Of a DNA stretch of 64,000 nucleotides, positions 47,997 to 56,751 are shown piece after piece. Origin of the DNA: a virus. The first letter of the stretch is position 1. Every line of letters begins with the position of its first letter. The notes beneath the pieces were generated by a model. That model had not been told where the DNA came from and did no database searches. It was given only the letters and a program-made list of their open reading frames with translations. A program made the position numbers and the translations under genes. Where the stretch lies: positions 1 to 64,000 of IMG/VR virus record IMGVR_UViG_3300020139_000001; one strand, given 5' to 3'.

Positions 47997-50900
47997 ATGC
48001 TTGAGATAGTGAGTTTAGGTGGAGCTGGTAGAAAGTTATTTAAAGGAGAATATGTTATTGAGGTAGTAGATAGTAAAAGTGGATTAATAAAGGATGTTAG
48101 GAGAGGGAGTAATTTATGGTTGGATAATGGAAGTAGGCTTTGTGTTGGTTCTGGGTCTGCTCCTTCTACTATTTATGTGTGTATAGCAAATACAGCTAAT
48201 GAGCCTTCGTATACTGATGTGAATGTCCCAGGTGTGATAGCAGGTGTTGGTGCAACGAGAACTTATCAAACAGCGGAGAATTATAAGAGACATCAGTTTG
48301 TGGCAAGCTTTTCACCACCAGCAAATGATAGAACTATAAATGCTGTAGGATTGGCACTGAGCAGTAATGGAAATAATGCGTATTGTTGGACTAAGTTAAT
48401 AGAGCCTGTTGTGCAAACTCCACAAGATACGCTATATGTGTATTACTTTGTTTATGTAAATCCGCCCCTCAGTGTAGGGTTTGGAAGTAATAGTTATGAT
48501 GACTTAGCTACATATATATTTGGGCTTAATAGAATTGTTTATCTTGTGCACTCGACTGCATCGGTTGATGGTGTGCTGGATGAGGTTATTAATGCAACAG
48601 GTAGAGAATCAGTATCTTCATCATTAACACTTGTAGGAAATAAGTATAAAAAGTGGTTTTATGGAAATGTCGGTAGTTCAGCTAATTTAGGAACTCACTT
48701 AGGTCAGTGGAAAACTTATTGGTTGTCAAATCAATATTTTTATGATACAAATCACACTCTTGCGAGAGGTTTTGGCAGAGACTTTCTTGGAAGGGTATGG
48801 GCTAAAGCAAAATCATCTACAACAGAGTTTTTTGATTCAGCAAATCTTCCTACAGGTTGGGGTAGAGCTGTAGAAGTTAGACCTGCAGGAGGTGGTGATT
48901 ATAATAGTGGCTTGGATTACAGTGGTTATGGTGCTATTGATGTAATGATAGAGGGAGATGGAGCTGTTGGTGAAGCTACATATAAGTTGGTTTATCGTTT
49001 ACCTTCGCAGTATATACTTATAAATAACATATGGTTTACAGCTTCTGGGGAATTGAAGAATATTTGTGGTAGAGATTGGTTAGTGTGTAGGTATAGTAGC
49101 ACTTACTTAGTGAATAAGCAAACTCATGGTTATGTTGTTGTTAGTAATAGTGGAGAGGATTTCTGTGGTCAGATAGGAAATGTTTTAATAACAAGAGGTC
49201 TTTTTAGTAGTTCAGCCAGCATGACTTTTGATAGGGTTATTAAGTATGAGTTTACTGATGTAAACAATATTAATAAGTTCAACAGAACAGAAATGCCCTT
49301 AGGTGTTTCAACTACTATTGGTTTTCTTGTCGGAAATGAGTTTTACTTCTGGACTGGTAGTAAGTTTAGAGTCCTGAATGTTGATACTGGGGTTATAACT
49401 GATAGCTGGATAGATGGAAATAATGTTTTCTTAACAGGAAGTAATAGTTGGGGATGTTATGATGAGGAAAAGGATTGGATTATATTTGTAGACCAGGGGG
49501 TAGGTGGATGGAGGGTATTTCACAGGCTGGGAGATGATGTTAATAATTTTACAGGAGTAACGGATTTTTCAACTACTGTGGTAAAAGATTGGTGGGAGGC
49601 TGATAGAGGAAATGCTAATGGAAGATTTTGGCAAGAGGGAGATGGTTTATTGAATTTGCAGACAAGCACTGGTAATATAACAGGAACAACTTGGACTCCT
49701 TGTGCTTTGTTACAGAAGGTTTTAAGTGGTCAGTTTGAAGTTACTATGTGTATAGAGAGTTTTAATCCTACAGTGAATTACCAAGAGATTGGTTTGGTAG
49801 TAAGGAATTATGGAACTACTTTTGGGGCACATAAGAGAATTGGATTGCGGTATAATGGTGGTAAAAAGTTAGAGGTTATTAGTAATAGCGGAGGAGGAAG
49901 TAGTGCTATTGAAGGTTCAGTTGCATTTACTGGAACTTATGTAAGGTTTAAGATTACAAGAGATGCAAATAATGTAATCAGGTGTTTTTATTCTACAGAT
50001 CCTATAACAACGCCTGATAATTTAGCTACTTGGACTTTGTTGGGAAATCAGACATATACTTTAGCAGGTGATGTGCTTGTTGGAATAGAAGCTCAGACAG
50101 GTGGAGGGGGAACTGTTGCTATTGGACAAGTGAGGGAGTTCAGAATAAATAACGGTTTTATTGATAAGAGGAGAAATTATATTAGAAGTGTAGAGGATAG
50201 TGTTACAGCAAACTGGTTTAATAAGCATGATGGTAAGTATGGTTTAATAGGAGTAGGGAATTTTGGTTACTATTTTAGGTCTTTGAATAAGCTGACCCAG
50301 ATTGATAAGAATGATTTTAGTGTTATTACACAGAGTAGTGTAACTCCTATAGGTGGTTCTAATATCAATGGAATACAGGTAAGAAAAGTTGGTGTTGATA
50401 AGGATGTGATATTGGGAATTAGTGTTAATGGATTTGCTGAGTATGCTACTTTAAGAGAGGAATTTGCTATTAACAATGTTGAGTTTGTATCTTTGGTAAG
50501 TAAAAGCAGTTATTATTTGAATCAGTGGCCATTTTTATCTGAGAATGGTAATAGCAAAGTCTGGAATGGTTATATAACTCCTATTGAAGTGAGTTTCGGT
50601 TGGGATGGGAGTAATTGGGTGCCTGGACATCCAGGAGAAAGACCTACGCATTCTGATTGGCAACCACTGCCGTTTGGAAACATAGAGATAAGGTTTTTGA
50701 ATAATCCCAATAATCCAGGAACTACATTCAGTGGTAATGATAAATATTCTTTCTGGTATTGTAAGGATGGTATTATCAAAGATAATCAGCAGTATTTGAC
50801 TAATGTTGGAGTAGCTTTGTATTATTGTGATGTGAGAGAAGCGAATGAGACTTACACAAATGTACCTCTCACGTGGACTTTGACCTCGAAAGCAGATAAC

Positions 50901-51365
50901 ACTAGCCTTTGGCTCACTACAGACTTTGATTGGCAATGGAGCTTCTACTTCAAAAGTGGTGGGGATTATGCTTATTGGAATGATGTAACTAGTACTTTCG
51001 TTGTGAACACAATAGAGAATACAACAGTGTTCACAACAGACGATCCCAACATACACTGGGTGTACAACTACTACAAAGGAATGTATGTTGAATTCACTTC
51101 AGGAGACAATACAGGACTGAGAAGAAAAATCGTAGAATATGACGGCTATCACAAGAAGTTCACTATAGAGAGTGCTTCCCCTAATCCAATACAGGTAGGA
51201 GACACTTTCAAAGTAGTCACTCCTGCACAAGCAACCAAAGTAGCTTCCATAAGCAATCCTAACCAGTTTGTAGTTAACGAGGGGGAAGGCACAATAACAA
51301 TACACGCTAGTGATGTCGGTAAAGATGTAGAGATGAAGTACCTATACCTGCTCAGGAGTTGGTAA
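47997..51365 (+). CDS. Tail fibre / receptor-binding protein with a concanavalin-A-like (DUF1349-type) domain
   Basis: 1122 aa, rich in G/N/S/T/W. Contains GQFEVT...YQEIGLVV...VRFKITR...FYSTD...WTLLG...VLVGI and C-terminal VEFTSGDNTGLRRKI. Confidence 0.65.
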   Translation: MLEIVSLGGAGRKLFKGEYVIEVVDSKSGLIKDVRRGSNLWLDNGSRLCVGSGSAPSTIYVCIANTANEPSYTDVNVPGVIAGVGATRTYQTAENYKRHQFVASFSPPANDRTINAVGLALSSNGNNAYCWTKLIEPVVQTPQDTLYVYYFVYVNPPLSVGFGSNSYDDLATYIFGLNRIVYLVHSTASVDGVLDEVINATGRESVSSSLTLVGNKYKKWFYGNVGSSANLGTHLGQWKTYWLSNQYFYDTNHTLARGFGRDFLGRVWAKAKSSTTEFFDSANLPTGWGRAVEVRPAGGGDYNSGLDYSGYGAIDVMIEGDGAVGEATYKLVYRLPSQYILINNIWFTASGELKNICGRDWLVCRYSSTYLVNKQTHGYVVVSNSGEDFCGQIGNVLITRGLFSSSASMTFDRVIKYEFTDVNNINKFNRTEMPLGVSTTIGFLVGNEFYFWTGSKFRVLNVDTGVITDSWIDGNNVFLTGSNSWGCYDEEKDWIIFVDQGVGGWRVFHRLGDDVNNFTGVTDFSTTVVKDWWEADRGNANGRFWQEGDGLLNLQTSTGNITGTTWTPCALLQKVLSGQFEVTMCIESFNPTVNYQEIGLVVRNYGTTFGAHKRIGLRYNGGKKLEVISNSGGGSSAIEGSVAFTGTYVRFKITRDANNVIRCFYSTDPITTPDNLATWTLLGNQTYTLAGDVLVGIEAQTGGGGTVAIGQVREFRINNGFIDKRRNYIRSVEDSVTANWFNKHDGKYGLIGVGNFGYYFRSLNKLTQIDKNDFSVITQSSVTPIGGSNINGIQVRKVGVDKDVILGISVNGFAEYATLREEFAINNVEFVSLVSKSSYYLNQWPFLSENGNSKVWNGYITPIEVSFGWDGSNWVPGHPGERPTHSDWQPLPFGNIEIRFLNNPNNPGTTFSGNDKYSFWYCKDGIIKDNQQYLTNVGVALYYCDVREANETYTNVPLTWTLTSKADNTSLWLTTDFDWQWSFYFKSGGDYAYWNDVTSTFVVNTIENTTVFTTDDPNIHWVYNYYKGMYVEFTSGDNTGLRRKIVEYDGYHKKFTIESASPNPIQVGDTFKVVTPAQATKVASISNPNQFVVNEGEGTITIHASDVGKDVEMKYLYLLRSW

Positions 51366-51925
51366 TGGATTGGTATAGGAGTACTTGTCCTGGAGACTGG
51401 CAAGACTACTGTAGGCTATCACACTACTATGTCTATCTCTATGCTGTTGATATTGACTTGTTATTAGCAGTTAAACCACAACTGAGATTCGATCCGGAGA
51501 GTCGTACAATCTTCCACTTTCCACTGTCACAGAATGCCCCATGCAAAGGAATAGATGCCCTAGAGAAAACAACTACAAAAGTGATAGTAGTTGCAAGTGG
51601 AAACTACGAAATACACTTATACACTTTCGAGCTTGAGGAGTACGGAGGAGTCCTAGAGAGAGTTACGGAGGAACCATTCATAGGAAAGCATCCCAGATTG
51701 TTCTCACATAGTGATGGTACCCTCTTACTAATGTATACAGACATGTACAACGCTCGTAGGTTTGTACTACTGAACAATGGGGGAGTACCTCAGACACAAT
51801 ATATGACATTCCGAAAGCTTACACAAACGCTAGCTAGTTACCATGAGTACATAAGAGGTGGAGTCCCACTAATGGAGTTCATTCAGACTATGGACTATTG
51901 GCAAAATGTAGGAGAGTATATATGA
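51359..51925 (+). CDS. Hypothetical tail-associated protein
   Basis: In the operon after the fibre gene. Confidence 0.5.
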   Translation: MVMDWYRSTCPGDWQDYCRLSHYYVYLYAVDIDLLLAVKPQLRFDPESRTIFHFPLSQNAPCKGIDALEKTTTKVIVVASGNYEIHLYTFELEEYGGVLERVTEEPFIGKHPRLFSHSDGTLLLMYTDMYNARRFVLLNNGGVPQTQYMTFRKLTQTLASYHEYIRGGVPLMEFIQTMDYWQNVGEYI

Positions 51926-52695
51926 ATCCAGGATGCAGATCAATCTCAGAAGTCGTAGACTTACCAAATTGGTCTACATATGTGGATCCTAGTGACAAAA
52001 TAACTGTGTCATTCGATTATGAGCAATTGAATATAGGGTTGATAAGTAACGATGGTGGCAAAGTAGTATTCTATCCTAAATGGGACTCTCCTAGTGTATC
52101 TCCATTAATGTGGCAATGGGGATACCAGATGCTGTTCTCATTCCAAGTCCACTCTCTTGAGCCATCTAGTGATGGACTACTAGAAGATTATGGTTACATA
52201 GGTATGGGTACAATAATACCGTCTTCTTACTCTACACCAAGTCAACCACTAAGTGGAGATATATTCGTAGGTTGTATGTTTATGCAGTTACGTGGTTTTA
52301 ATGAAACTGTTAGGTGGACACTATGTCATAGGATACTAAGAGATAGAGAGTTGTTAATAACAGAGTTGTGGGATCAGATAACAGACATTCGTTGGTTTGG
52401 AGAGGTGTACACGTTTGCAGACGATCCTTGGGTCATAGAGGATAACCTCACCGAGTATCTTCCAAGCATAAGGATCGTATATGATAGGATAATGGGTGGG
52501 CGTACAGTTATGTTAGTACAATATGGTGAGTCTCAAACACAAGCAAAATCACTCTATGTAAACGCTAATGATGATATCAGCACTCCTACAGTCTTGCCCT
52601 TCATAATTGCACTCAATGGAGGGAATGTAGGACACACTTGGTGTGTCAGCATAGATAATCTAGTATTGGAGGCTTATAGATGCGCAAGTCCGTAG
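51922..52695 (+). CDS. Hypothetical tail-associated protein
   Basis: In operon; beta-rich. Confidence 0.5.
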   Translation: MNPGCRSISEVVDLPNWSTYVDPSDKITVSFDYEQLNIGLISNDGGKVVFYPKWDSPSVSPLMWQWGYQMLFSFQVHSLEPSSDGLLEDYGYIGMGTIIPSSYSTPSQPLSGDIFVGCMFMQLRGFNETVRWTLCHRILRDRELLITELWDQITDIRWFGEVYTFADDPWVIEDNLTEYLPSIRIVYDRIMGGRTVMLVQYGESQTQAKSLYVNANDDISTPTVLPFIIALNGGNVGHTWCVSIDNLVLEAYRCASP

Positions 52696-53186
52696 TACTG
52701 CCGATAAAGAAACTACATATAGGGGACATATTGTTAACGTCCACTAGACATATCATAAGTAAGGTAATTGAATGGTGGACTATCAGCAGATGGTCTCATG
52801 TAGGTGTATATGTAGGAGATGGACTTGTCATAGAAGCTACTTTTCCTAGAGTAAGGAAAGTACCTGTATCTACGTTCTTGAAAGGCTGTACTGAGGTTTG
52901 CGTGTTAAGACACATACAGTGGGATACATTAGAGGATGTACAAAGGAAGTCTTTTTTAGAGTTCCTAGAGTCCAAAGTTGGGAAGCCCTATGACATCAGA
53001 GGATTGCTGTCGTTCGTATGTAGGAGAAGTATTCAGAATAAGAGTGGGTACTTCTGTAGTGAGTTGGTAAGCGAGGCATTCTCAAGTATTGGTATACCAA
53101 TCGAAAGAAAAAGGCCTTCTTGGACAACACCTGAAGACATACACTCTAGTTTGATATTAGATGTAGTAATGGTGAGGAGGATATAA
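52680..53186 (+). CDS. Permuted papain-like NlpC/P60 enzyme (YiiX/YebB family)
   Basis: GDILL, SRWSHVGVY, VGKPYD, YFCSELV and TPED (His precedes Cys). Confidence 0.85.
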   Translation: MRKSVVLPIKKLHIGDILLTSTRHIISKVIEWWTISRWSHVGVYVGDGLVIEATFPRVRKVPVSTFLKGCTEVCVLRHIQWDTLEDVQRKSFLEFLESKVGKPYDIRGLLSFVCRRSIQNKSGYFCSELVSEAFSSIGIPIERKRPSWTTPEDIHSSLILDVVMVRRI

Positions 53187-53188
53187 GG

Positions 53189-53521
53189 ATGCTTACAAAA
53201 ACAGATATTGTTAAAGTGTTGACATCAGATGAGTTTAGTGCTCTCCTTACGAAAGTTTACGCAGACGAAACTCTATCAACAGTATGGAAGTACTATGACA
53301 CGTTTGAGGGCTTGGTGGAAGAGAAACTAAGGAACTTGATCATGGAAGTATGTCCTGATTGGGGACTGAGAACACAAACGGTGACGTACTATGAGGTTCC
53401 ATTAGAGAGGCCACTTTCACAAATTTTGGAAGAGGTTGCACGAAGCTATGGAGGATGTTGTAGTTACGTCGCCGAGATCAACTACGTAAGAAACGTAGTG
53501 AAAATTGCAGTTGTTTCTTAA
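53189..53521 (+). CDS. Hypothetical protein
   Basis: SD upstream; last gene before the terminator. Confidence 0.55.
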   Translation: MLTKTDIVKVLTSDEFSALLTKVYADETLSTVWKYYDTFEGLVEEKLRNLIMEVCPDWGLRTQTVTYYEVPLERPLSQILEEVARSYGGCCSYVAEINYVRNVVKIAVVS

Positions 53522-53524
53522 AAA

Positions 53525-53564
53525 CAAAACTCTTAAGTGGGCCTACGCCCACTTAAGAGTTTTG
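53525..53564. terminator. Bidirectional terminator
   Basis: 18-bp inverted repeat CAAAACTCTTAAGTGGGC-ctac-GCCCACTTAAGAGTTTTG between convergent genes. Confidence 0.9.
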
Positions 53565-53583
53565 CTCTTATTTCTTACTGTGC

Positions 53584-54462
53584 TTAGCTGGTGCTGTTTT
53601 TTTGCTTCGCCTCTTCTCCCTTACTTGCTTCGTTTGCGACGTTGCCAGCAGGCTTACTAGAGTCTCCTGTAAATATCAGAATACCAAGCCCAGCAAGTGC
53701 AACCAAGATAGCCACAACGAGTGCTACCTTAAGAGCGGGGTTGACTGCCGCAAACTCCTTAACCCCTTGGAACAAAGACCCTACTGATCCGAGCTGTGCA
53801 CCCCTAGCCTTCTTAATCACGATTATCGCAAGGACTACAGCGGTGAGCAAACCTGCGGCGAGCATAATTGTGCCTACTCTGGATTTTGCCCAAGTAGCCC
53901 TTACTTTGTTAACTGCCCAAGCATAGACTTTCTTAATCTTCTCCCAGATACGCCTGAAGAAGCTAACTTTTTCTTGATCTCCTGCTTTCTGAGCCGTCTG
54001 CTGTTGAGGGACTGGTAGTAACTCTGGCTGTTGTAGCTCCTTTACAGGTTCCTCTTCAAACAGGCTCTCCCACTCAGTAACTTTACGCTTCCTACCTAAA
54101 ATCAGGAGAAGAAGGTTGACTATCCAAAGTGACCAAATCGCAATAAGAAGGAAGAATGGAAGTGGAGTTTTCTCTACCAGCTCACCTAAAGTTATCTTCT
54201 TCCAATCGGCAAGCTTCTTGTCGAGCTTCCTCAAAATAGCTTTAACACTAGCGACCGTTCCGATTACACCGAGAGCAGTGATCACGATAGTCCTAACGGA
54301 CTTCTTCCTTAGTACTGAGGATGTCCTCCTCTCGATTCCTGCGAACATCCGCTCGACACGAGGTTCTAGGGAAGATAACGAAGGAAGTGGTCCAGGAGCA
54401 CCTTCCAGTTCCTGCTCATTGAACAGTTGTGCTAATTCTTCTCTTAGTGTCTTTGAGTACAT
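53584..54462 (-). CDS. Four-TM protein with YSxxLxE propeptide-like motif (two tandem helical-hairpin units)
   Basis: Starts MYSKTLREE; the two units are separated by ESLFEEE; amphipathic SFFRRIWEKIKK. Confidence 0.65.
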   Translation of the reverse strand: MYSKTLREELAQLFNEQELEGAPGPLPSLSSLEPRVERMFAGIERRTSSVLRKKSVRTIVITALGVIGTVASVKAILRKLDKKLADWKKITLGELVEKTPLPFFLLIAIWSLWIVNLLLLILGRKRKVTEWESLFEEEPVKELQQPELLPVPQQQTAQKAGDQEKVSFFRRIWEKIKKVYAWAVNKVRATWAKSRVGTIMLAAGLLTAVVLAIIVIKKARGAQLGSVGSLFQGVKEFAAVNPALKVALVVAILVALAGLGILIFTGDSSKPAGNVANEASKGEEAKQKNSTS

Positions 54463-54490
54463 ATGATGTGATGCCTCCCTTTATTGAAAA

Positions 54491-55258
54491 TTATTTTGAA
54501 AGAGCTGCATAAGCAAGCGACCCTATGACGATGATAGCTAGAGCAGCAAGCACCACCATCGGAAAGATCACTCCTCTTTTCAACGCTGCTGAAGCCTTTG
54601 AAAGTATCTTGCTAGGAGAGAGTCTGATACCATAATATTTTCTGAGCCAAAGTAGGGAGACAATGGTTGCTGTAGCACATAGAACTATTGCGATGATCTT
54701 CTTAGTCGGTTTCTTCTTCTTCACTCTCAACTTCTCTGCTACCAGCTCTAGCACGTCTGCAGTTTTGTTTCTAATCCAGTTAAAGGAGTTCTCTATCTTC
54801 TCACCTACGCTACGTGAGAGACCACGGTCGTCTACCTTCTTTTCCTTTTTCTCGAACATGTCGAATAGTCCTTCCGACACGCTCTGTTTCTCCCTGTTCG
54901 TCAGAATTTGCACCCCTAGGATGATGACTGAAATGAGTGCTATCGCACCTATGACCCCATTAATAGAACGTAGAGTACCAAGAATAGAATGCCTCTCAAT
55001 TTCTTCCTCTGTCGTGTCTTCCTCTTCCGCTTTCTTCTTTACCGCTTTCCTCAAAAGAGCGTCTATCACTATCCCAACGATGAGTAACGCTAGTGCAAAA
55101 AGGAACCTAGACTTTCGACTTTTTAGAGCATTAGTAAACTGTGCTGCACGCCCTTGGAAAGCCTTATCGAAAGCAACAGCAGTTTTGTCTAGAGCAACTC
55201 GAACGTCTTGGAATGTAACATTCTCTGCTTGTTCTCTTAACGTCATAGAGTAACCCAT
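54491..55258 (-). CDS. Four-TM protein with YSxxLxE propeptide-like motif (two tandem helical-hairpin units)
   Basis: ATG at 55258 with SD AAAGGAGG; starts MGYSMTLREQ; units separated by SVSEG; preceded by TTGAACAAG. Confidence 0.65.
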   Translation of the reverse strand: MGYSMTLREQAENVTFQDVRVALDKTAVAFDKAFQGRAAQFTNALKSRKSRFLFALALLIVGIVIDALLRKAVKKKAEEEDTTEEEIERHSILGTLRSINGVIGAIALISVIILGVQILTNREKQSVSEGLFDMFEKKEKKVDDRGLSRSVGEKIENSFNWIRNKTADVLELVAEKLRVKKKKPTKKIIAIVLCATATIVSLLWLRKYYGIRLSPSKILSKASAALKRGVIFPMVVLAALAIIVIGSLAYAALSK

Positions 55259-55324
55259 TGTAACATAACCTCCTTTGTCTAGTTTTCTTACTAGAATCTT
55301 GTTCAAGAGCTAGTCTCCGAAAAA

Positions 55325-55813
55325 TCACCCCCCTAAGAGTCTGTCAGTCTTATGCTGTAGTGGGACACAAGCAAAAGCACAACCAAAGTTCTCCACTACA
55401 TGATCTACTGCAAAGGTCCACCCATATCGCAACGTCATTGATCTCACTCTAAAGCATTCTGTGAGCATTTCTTGAACTTTCTTTCTTGCGTAGTCTTTGG
55501 TTTGTCCTACAGCAGAATACTCTACAATCACTCCTCCTTTTCCCAATTCTTCCATGCCTACAGCCACAGCAGCCGTAATCAACGTTCCCGGAGTAGAAGA
55601 AGTTACTACAGCGTATGCAATAGGTAGTAGCATTCCCCACTCGAGTTTCAACTCCTTGGGTTCCACATACGAGAACTCTGGTGGAAGTACACTGGAGACT
55701 TTCACCAGGTTTGTATTCCCTACCCCTGCTGCGAGAAGAGCTCCATCAAATGCATTCAGCTCGCTAAGAGCACTATCATACGTACTACCAGTGAGGGTGA
55801 AGTAACCTGCCAT
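55325..55813 (-). CDS. pdaD: Pyruvoyl-dependent arginine decarboxylase
   Basis: SELNAFDGALLAAGVGNTNLVKVSSVLPP with the Ser-Ser autocleavage site, ITAAVAVG, GVIVEY and GCAFA. Confidence 0.9.
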   Translation of the reverse strand: MAGYFTLTGSTYDSALSELNAFDGALLAAGVGNTNLVKVSSVLPPEFSYVEPKELKLEWGMLLPIAYAVVTSSTPGTLITAAVAVGMEELGKGGVIVEYSAVGQTKDYARKKVQEMLTECFRVRSMTLRYGWTFAVDHVVENFGCAFACVPLQHKTDRLLGG

Positions 55814-55816
55814 CCC

Positions 55817-56284
55817 TTACCTCCAAAAAGAGTCAATTTGATCTTGGATCCATCTATAAGAGTTCACAGTTCTGCTTACAGGTAGACCCATATAGACATT
55901 CTTATCGAGGTCTTCCAACTGTGGCACAGAAAATCTCTCTCGTTTGGGTTCCTTAACAATAGACTTACTCACAATAGGAAGTAGTACGTCGATCGGAGGA
56001 ATGTATACCGTTCTAGGTCTTTCTAATAAGGAAAACAATCCGTTGAAGAACGACAGCACAGATGTGTTAATGTCTGACCGTAGATATGTGGAAGCCAACT
56101 CGTCCAAATCTCGTGTGTTCTGTCTTACGACAGTTGAGTTCATCCACAGATGGGAAAGCGAGTTCCAAACTTGGTCGTCTATCCAAAGGGATCTACATAC
56201 AATAACTCCATCGGTTATGTTTGGCCAAACGTAGTAAGTTAGCCACGGTGATCTCAGTACAGAGTCAAGATACCTCTTTAACAT
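55817..56284 (-). CDS. Hypothetical protein
   Basis: In a minus-strand operon. Confidence 0.55.
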   Translation of the reverse strand: MLKRYLDSVLRSPWLTYYVWPNITDGVIVCRSLWIDDQVWNSLSHLWMNSTVVRQNTRDLDELASTYLRSDINTSVLSFFNGLFSLLERPRTVYIPPIDVLLPIVSKSIVKEPKRERFSVPQLEDLDKNVYMGLPVSRTVNSYRWIQDQIDSFWR

Positions 56285-56751
56285 CCTGTATACCCCCTTT
56301 CGATCCTAGTATACACTCTAGTGAGTACATCTTCAGGTGGAGAGTACTTTTCTATCAGAACTTGCCATTGTCCTTGGATCACACTAGGATGTAAGTGTGT
56401 AATTAAGTTGTGTACACTTTCATGATGTGTCTTGCAAAGAGGAACCCAACCTACTATGCCTCGGAAGTGCCATCCCAATACTAACGTAGACACTACCAAA
56501 GTATTCAATCTCTTCATCTTAGAGAGGGCAACCTCGACCAAATCGAATAGCGTAAACGGATGATGGTGTACTTCTATGGTAGCTTCATAAGGCGACACGC
56601 CACACACAGCACATATTTTTTGAACACCATAAGTGGATGCAACCCACTTCCTGTATTCTAGTGAAGTCCTAATATGAGACTCGCAATTCCTTATAAACCT
56701 CTGAAGACTCTCTAATGTATAAAACTCTGTAGTCCAAAATCCTTCGATCAC
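56278..56751 (-). CDS. HNH-like zinc-binding protein
   Basis: CAVC...IEVHHHP...VPLCKTHHESVH. Confidence 0.6.
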   Translation of the reverse strand: MIEGFWTTEFYTLESLQRFIRNCESHIRTSLEYRKWVASTYGVQKICAVCGVSPYEATIEVHHHPFTLFDLVEVALSKMKRLNTLVVSTLVLGWHFRGIVGWVPLCKTHHESVHNLITHLHPSVIQGQWQVLIEKYSPPEDVLTRVYTRIERGYTGC

